Of a stretch of 38,995 bases of DNA, positions 34,051-38,995 are shown one piece after another. The translations under genes were made by a program, and so were the position numbers. How positions within the stretch are numbered: the first letter of the stretch is position 1; each line of letters starts with the position of its first letter. The DNA comes from a virus, in IMG/VR virus record IMGVR_UViG_3300024581_003864, positions 1 through 38,995 of that record. The stretch is one strand, 5' to 3'. A model generated the notes under the pieces. It was not told where the DNA came from, ran no database searches, and was given only the letters and a program-made list of their open reading frames with translations.

Positions 34051-35890
34051 TAGAAACTCCTTGGGTTTTTGTTTGTTGCTGGTTTGCTTTTTGTACATTT
34101 TCCTCTTGCTGAACCATCATTGATTCTAACTGTTGAATCATGGTAATGTATTTATTCAGCTTTTCTTGGTCCATGGACTCTAATTCTTTAATTGCCTTTG
34201 CCTTGTCAAGAATGGCACTTGCCCGATCATCACTGGCTTTAGAAAATTTTTCTTGAGCTGTTGCTGCTCTCTCTAAAGAAATTGCCTTAGCTTGCTCTAA
34301 TTCTGCTTCAAGAACTTTTGCTTGTGCCTGCTCTGATGCTTTCTGTACCTGCTGCTGCTGTTTCTCATTTTCCGCAATTTCTCTATTTAACTTACTCAAT
34401 CCCTGCAATGGAGCTGCTTGCACGAGCATATTTGCGGTTATCGGGCTTCTACCCTCTGGACCACCAGTCAAGTTGTACAACTCCATCATTTGAGCAAAAT
34501 GTAACTGCCTAGAATTATTGGTTAAAAGTCCCTCTTGAAAATCAATAGAATGCTCTATATACTCTTTAGAATAGATTTGAGGTGAAGGTTGCCTTCCTAA
34601 AACTTTAGCAATTTTTTCAGGGGTCCATTTCGCTTGAATAATTTTTAGCACTTTTTCGGCTAATAATGATTGTGAATGTCTTAAATTATCTAAAGGACCT
34701 TGAAGGTTGTTTTCAGACGAACCTTGACGAAGCATCATCAATAAACCAGATTCATGGCCGCTCTCAACCTCTCCAAAATTTGCTTTGTTCAAACCTGCTA
34801 TATCTAATAGCTTCTGCTCAAACAGCGTGACGATTTCAAGCAAACTGCTATCAACAGGACTTACAGGAAGAGGGGTTAGGCAGTCAGCCGCAGTTCCCTT
34901 TTTTCTAAAAATCTGTCTTCCAGCTCCTGTTTTATGCAAAGCCATTGGATTAACGAGGGAGCCATCTTCAACCAAAAATCCTGCGTGTATTTGCGATTCA
35001 ACGATTGCCTTCATCTGAGAAACTGACTTATTCATTTCTTTTTGAATGTCAAGCAAAGGACTGATCATAGATTGTAACTTCAGCCCCCAATCAAGCCCCT
35101 CTGGATCATATTGATACACAAATGGGACAAAGGGATATTCATTCAAACCAAACTGATTCACTTCAGTTTTCAAATAAATATTATTTACCAATATATGGCA
35201 TTCTATTGATTTTTCAGATTTTGTAATGATTTCAATATTTAAATTTCTTTTACGGATTTCCTTTAAATCTTTCTCACTTCCTTCCCATCGTTGAAAATCT
35301 CCTGTACCTTTATCGGCAATGTAATGAACATCATTAAAGACTTGTCTGTAGTATTCGTCGTATGAGACTAGGTCTCTTTTTTGCCCTTCTCCAAGCCTAA
35401 CCTGAGGAAGCCACGTAAACTTTTCATCCCTCTTAAATCCTTCTGCAGCTAAAGCTTTAATATCCTTTCTAAACTCTGGAAGCAACGCACATGCTTGCCC
35501 TGAAGAGATGTATTTTCGTCTAATTGCAAATCTACAATCACTTAAAGACATTTGGGTAAAAAATGGATCTAGAATAAATCCAGAATAAGGTTCTCTGCCG
35601 AATTTAATAGACCCATTGATCGGATCATCGTTGTAGTCAATATAAACTGTAGCAAGATTCCACGCTGTTTTCAAAGCACCTTCAAAGCAATCACTAATTG
35701 TTCTCAGTGCATCAGCTTTTGAAAATACATGCAAAAGAAGGTCTGTAATCTCATCAGCAGCCTCTTGATCTGAAAAATGAGCTGGAATGGCTATGGGTGA
35801 CAATCTAGATTTACGTTGAAAACCGCCGACTTGTGCTACAACTCTTCTCAGCGAGTTGAACGTAAATATCGTACGACCCTGTCTCAGCAA
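34010..35890 (-). CDS. Portal protein (minimal call; the frame stays open upstream to 36073)
   Basis: Size of 626+ aa and position. A portal-like motif ...RCYGGDQFSNREKEDLLRQGRTIFTFNSL straddles the tracked TTG start. The C-terminus is a Q/E-rich coiled coil. Confidence 0.8.
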   Translation of the reverse strand: MLRQGRTIFTFNSLRRVVAQVGGFQRKSRLSPIAIPAHFSDQEAADEITDLLLHVFSKADALRTISDCFEGALKTAWNLATVYIDYNDDPINGSIKFGREPYSGFILDPFFTQMSLSDCRFAIRRKYISSGQACALLPEFRKDIKALAAEGFKRDEKFTWLPQVRLGEGQKRDLVSYDEYYRQVFNDVHYIADKGTGDFQRWEGSEKDLKEIRKRNLNIEIITKSEKSIECHILVNNIYLKTEVNQFGLNEYPFVPFVYQYDPEGLDWGLKLQSMISPLLDIQKEMNKSVSQMKAIVESQIHAGFLVEDGSLVNPMALHKTGAGRQIFRKKGTAADCLTPLPVSPVDSSLLEIVTLFEQKLLDIAGLNKANFGEVESGHESGLLMMLRQGSSENNLQGPLDNLRHSQSLLAEKVLKIIQAKWTPEKIAKVLGRQPSPQIYSKEYIEHSIDFQEGLLTNNSRQLHFAQMMELYNLTGGPEGRSPITANMLVQAAPLQGLSKLNREIAENEKQQQQVQKASEQAQAKVLEAELEQAKAISLERAATAQEKFSKASDDRASAILDKAKAIKELESMDQEKLNKYITMIQQLESMMVQQEENVQKANQQQTKTQGVSNEENIGQNNEPNG

Positions 35891-36186
35891 ATCTTCTTTT
35901 TCACGATTGGAAAATTGGTCGCCTCCATAGCAACGAAGGCCTTCCTCAGAAAGAGAAAATAATGGATTCCAAGCTTCCCAACCGCTGTCATAGTCTCTGT
36001 TGAGTTGCGAAACAATAGATTCAGAGAATTCACGTTGTGCCAGATTATCACCCCAATTAAACCTGTGCCATAATTATTATTATACATAATTAATAATTAA
36101 TATAAATAAAAATCTTTATAATTATGAATTAAAATATTTATTGTTAAAATATCGTGTGATCTATACAGTGAAGAAAAGGGGGTTTA

Positions 36187-36411
36187 ATGGGTTTTGCATT
36201 ATCGTGGATTATTACCCATCTAATGGCATTAGTGGTAATTATTATCTATTCACTCGCAATGATTTTTATTTTTTTTACGGGGATGGTTTATGGTTATACA
36301 TTTTTACGAAGATTCTCAAAACGATCAAAATGGTTTAATAGGTGCGTTGGTTTTTTTGCTAAATGGCTTAATAAATGGCTTGATCTATTATATAAAAAGT
36401 TAGATGAATAA
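36187..36411 (+). CDS. Two-TM small membrane protein (holin-like by position)
   Basis: MGFALSWIITHLMALVVIIIYSLAMIFIFFTGMVYGY, then a basic tail. SD aaggggg. Confidence 0.5.
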   Translation: MGFALSWIITHLMALVVIIIYSLAMIFIFFTGMVYGYTFLRRFSKRSKWFNRCVGFFAKWLNKWLDLLYKKLDE

Positions 36412-36695
36412 TGAAGATGAACTTTAGCCCACGTGTTGCCGCCGCCTCTTGTGTATGGTTATTCTGTATGGGCATATTGATCTTTGCAGAGGCAACCATT
36501 GAATCCTCACGAAACCTCCTAAAAGCATCAATCATACTAATGCCAATATATTTGATTATGGTCTATATCCTAATTGCAAATAGAAAGGAAAAAAAGTTAG
36601 ATGATCTTTTGTTTGAAGGATCTATTTGTGTCATAGCAATAAACTTCACCATAATAACATTATTATTTTTAATGTACATATTATCTATCCTTTAA
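36411..36695 (+). CDS. Three-TM small membrane protein
   Basis: There are three hydrophobic segments, and the start overlaps the upstream stop (TAATG). Confidence 0.5.
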   Translation: MKMNFSPRVAAASCVWLFCMGILIFAEATIESSRNLLKASIILMPIYLIMVYILIANRKEKKLDDLLFEGSICVIAINFTIITLLFLMYILSIL

Positions 36696-36769
36696 TAAAA
36701 AATATTTCACTTTTATTACATTTTAATTATAATAAAGTTTAGGTTATTATAATTAGGTGGGGTGAAATT

Positions 36770-37162
36770 ATGCCGAAAGGGCGTCCAAAAGCTAAAATAG
36801 ACAAGAAAATATTTGAAAACCTCTGTAAAAAATTCGCACGAAGTGGAGAAATCGCAAGCATACTCGATGTTCATAGGACAACATTGTATTCATGGGCTGA
36901 ACGAGAGTACAACAAACCATTCAAGGAAGTTTTTGAGCAGTTCACAAATCATGCGAAGGTCTCATTGAGAGCTATGCAATTCAATCTTGCAAAGTCAAAC
37001 GCTACAATGGCGATCTTTCTAGGAAAGCAATACCTAGGCCAAACAGATAACCCAATTTCAGAAGATTCAATTAATGATAGTCAAATATCAAATTTATTTA
37101 ATCAGTTAGATGGAGCGATAAGGAAGCAGCATGATGCAACCATTGAGTCCAAAGCAAGCTGA
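36770..37162 (+). CDS. terS: Terminase small subunit
   Basis: MPKGRPKAKIDKKIFENLCKKFARSGEIASILDVHRTTLYSWAE (HTH) ...MAIFLGKQYLGQTD. It overlaps terL. Confidence 0.8.
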   Translation: MPKGRPKAKIDKKIFENLCKKFARSGEIASILDVHRTTLYSWAEREYNKPFKEVFEQFTNHAKVSLRAMQFNLAKSNATMAIFLGKQYLGQTDNPISEDSINDSQISNLFNQLDGAIRKQHDATIESKAS

Positions 37163-38405
37163 AGCTTATGTTAATTCGGATGCACGGTTTAATCTGTTTG
37201 AGGGTTCTATTCGTGCAGGGAAAAGTTACAGTGCTCTATTAAAATTTTTAAAATGGTCGGCAGAAGATGCTCCAGCTGGACCCCTTTTACTATCAGGGAA
37301 AACAAGGGAATCTATCTACAGGAATGTAATCACTGAAATTATGTCTATTGTTGGTCATAGAACAATTAGTTATAATTCTACTAGAGGTATCCTTAAGTTC
37401 AGGAATAAAGAATACTTTATAATTGCTGGTAAGGATGAGAGAAGTTACAGTTCATTATTAGGATCAACTTTTGCAGGGGCTTTAATTGATGAAGTCTCAT
37501 TACTTCCAGAAAACTTCTTCACTACACTTTTAGGCAGGATCTCTATTGAAGGAGCAATGATTATTGCTACAACTAACCCAGAATCACCTTTTCACTGGTT
37601 GAAGAGAAAATTTATCGATCGAATTGAAAGTGATAAACTCCCATGGAAGGTTTTCTCATTCAGAATTACCGACAACCCCTCATTATCTCAAGATTATATT
37701 GATTCAATTTGTAAAGAACATACAGGATTGCTATATCAAAGACGTATTTTAGGGAAATGGGTTGCTGCGGAGGGGTCAATCTTTCCTTTTTTTGATAGAA
37801 CAGTACATACCATTGACCATCCAAATGAACGACCGCATGGTCATATTGTTGGTATTGATTATGGCTCATCAAATCCAACTTGCTTCATGCTGATAGGATT
37901 TGCGTTAATTGAAGGAAATCATGAAATTTGGTTAGAGAGGGAATACTACCATGATTCTATAGAAGTAGGGCCAAAATCTGATTATCAATACACCCTAGAC
38001 TTTTTAGAATGGAGCAAAGATGTGCATCTAGAAGCCATATATATGGATCCATCAGCAAGAAGTTTAGAAGTGCAATTTCAAGAATTAGGTATTAATGGAA
38101 TCGTCAAGGCAGATAATTCAGTTATTGAAGGGATTCAATTCATGTCCTCGCTACTGCATGACCGTGTGTATAAGATAAAAAAAACTTGCACAAAAGCAAT
38201 AGAGGAGATTGAAGGGTACAGATGGGATCCAAAAGCCTCCCAACGTGGTCTTGACCGCCCTATCAAAAGTGCTGATCATAGTATAGATGCTCAACGATAT
38301 GCATTGTTTACCCACTTTTTCAATAAACTCAATAGAACAGGATATAGTCAACAAACTATTGATACCCTTAATTTTAATTATAGACCAGAACGAATGAGGT
38401 TTTGA
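37131..38405 (+). CDS. terL: Terminase large subunit
   Basis: Walker A-like GSIRAGKSYS, Walker B ALIDEVS, and C-terminal nuclease-like GIDYGSSNPT...DPSA...DAQRY. Confidence 0.9.
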   Translation: MMQPLSPKQAEAYVNSDARFNLFEGSIRAGKSYSALLKFLKWSAEDAPAGPLLLSGKTRESIYRNVITEIMSIVGHRTISYNSTRGILKFRNKEYFIIAGKDERSYSSLLGSTFAGALIDEVSLLPENFFTTLLGRISIEGAMIIATTNPESPFHWLKRKFIDRIESDKLPWKVFSFRITDNPSLSQDYIDSICKEHTGLLYQRRILGKWVAAEGSIFPFFDRTVHTIDHPNERPHGHIVGIDYGSSNPTCFMLIGFALIEGNHEIWLEREYYHDSIEVGPKSDYQYTLDFLEWSKDVHLEAIYMDPSARSLEVQFQELGINGIVKADNSVIEGIQFMSSLLHDRVYKIKKTCTKAIEEIEGYRWDPKASQRGLDRPIKSADHSIDAQRYALFTHFFNKLNRTGYSQQTIDTLNFNYRPERMRF

Positions 38406-38680
38406 TGAAAGACAAAAAAATTACTAAGAAAATCGCTGTATCAAAAGATGCTCTAAAAAGGATGCGATCTTCTAAAGGTGGATCTAATGTAGGAAAGTAT
38501 AGTAATGTATCCCGAAAGGATTTTTCTGGAACAAGTGGCGGAGCTCCCCAAGGAAGCTACCCTATCAACACGAAGCAAAGGGCTAAGAGTGCTCTAGAAC
38601 TGGCACACAACGCCCCCAATCCACAAGGAATCAAGAACAAAGTATATTCAAAATATCCTTCATTAAAAAAGGAGAGGTAA
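38405..38680 (+). CDS. Small basic protein with a YPI...A.SAL motif
   Basis: The ATG overlaps the terL stop (ATGA). GSYPINTKQRAKSALELAHNAPNP resembles a small conserved phage protein family whose name I cannot recall with certainty. Confidence 0.5.
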   Translation: MKDKKITKKIAVSKDALKRMRSSKGGSNVGKYSNVSRKDFSGTSGGAPQGSYPINTKQRAKSALELAHNAPNPQGIKNKVYSKYPSLKKER

Positions 38681-38762
38681 GAATAAGGTTATTACCAATC
38701 TATCTGTTTCTCTTGAGAAATCTTCATATTTTAGCTCAAATCTTAACGCATTTATTTTAATG

Positions 38763-38790
38763 AAAAAGCCATCAGTACGGATCTGATGGC
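38763..38790 (-). terminator. Rho-independent terminator for the wrap-around Panacea gene (possibly bidirectional)
   Basis: gccatcag-tacggat-ctgatggc forms a perfect 8-bp stem. On the minus strand TTTTT follows it, about 30 nt after the stop at 38824. Confidence 0.65.
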
Positions 38791-38823
38791 GGCTACATAG
38801 TCGAACTATATAGGATGCAATTT

Positions 38824-38995
38824 CTAATTGTCATAATCTCTAACAGAGTATTCATCGGTCCGATAAAAGACGTTCTGATATTCTATAAAATCATTGCAAT
38901 CTGCAACTCTAACTGGAACATCTTTAAAATATAAATCACGAATTTCTTCTTCTGGCTTGTACATTAGCCTATCTATTGTCTCATCGATTAACTTT
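38824..38995 (-). CDS. C-terminal part of the wrap-around Panacea-domain gene (same gene as 1..641)
   Basis: The frame continues through the 99-bp repeat: ...KDVPVRVADCNDFIEYQNVFYRTDEYSVRDYDN, with the stop at 38824-38826. On the circle the gene totals 714 nt (237 aa). Confidence 0.6.
   Translation of the reverse strand, partial: KLIDETIDRLMYKPEEEIRDLYFKDVPVRVADCNDFIEYQNVFYRTDEYSVRDYDN
38897..38995. repeat. Terminal direct repeat, copy 2
   Basis: Identical to 1-99. It lies inside the coding sequence of the wrap-around gene. Confidence 0.95.

Noticed and set aside
35884-36087. 67-aa ORF (MYNNNYGTGLIG...) upstream of the portal
   Set aside because: It is out of frame with, and fully overlapped by, the open upstream extension of the portal frame, and that extension reads like a genuine portal N-terminus. 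This ORF looks like frame noise, although its ATG may matter if an indel is present.
1-38995. CRISPR arrays, tRNA/tmRNA genes, and transposase or IS elements
   Set aside because: I saw no regularly spaced repeat-spacer structure: the iterons and the 38-bp repeats have no unique spacers of CRISPR size. I also saw no cloverleaf-like GC-rich 70-90-nt segment with a T-loop GGTTCGA-type motif, and no transposase-like ORF. This was an eye scan only, so tRNAscan-SE or Infernal should confirm it.

Overview
The window is a complete, AT-rich tailed-phage genome or phage-plasmid-like element. Bases 1-99 are repeated exactly at 38897-38995, so the unique circle is 38,896 bp and one gene runs across the window ends.

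Layout:
- **Accessory region (about 1-3435 plus the wrap-around):** three DUF4065/Panacea-domain (PanA-like antitoxin) genes, a 43-aa hydrophobic peptide, a helix-turn-helix (HTH) protein and small membrane/coiled-coil proteins.
- **Recombinase (3559-4242):** a small serine recombinase with an apparently leaderless promoter, followed by tandem repeats.
- **Paralogue array (4314-11687, minus strand):** seven divergent, internally duplicated, acidic proteins that look all-helical and have no function I can recognise. Three more TM/coiled-coil mini-proteins interrupt the array, and a promoter plus a ribbon-helix-helix (RHH) gene head it. This is the best candidate for an undescribed system.
- **Replication/recombination module (11967-17571):** iterons, Rep-like protein, DnaB-type helicase, a 560-bp structured non-coding island, SSB, YqaJ-type exonuclease, ERF-type annealase and RusA.
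- **Virion module (minus strand, 18066-35890):** three tandem receptor-binding-like paralogues, a 934-aa repeat-rich tail fibre, three large low-complexity proteins, a GNAT-like gene, structural proteins, capsid, scaffold and portal.
- **Divergent plus-strand block (36187-38680):** two membrane proteins and the small and large terminase subunits.

I recognised no tRNA, CRISPR array, reverse transcriptase, tyrosine integrase, tape-measure protein or endolysin. All functional calls rest on motifs read by eye from the translations; no database search was possible.
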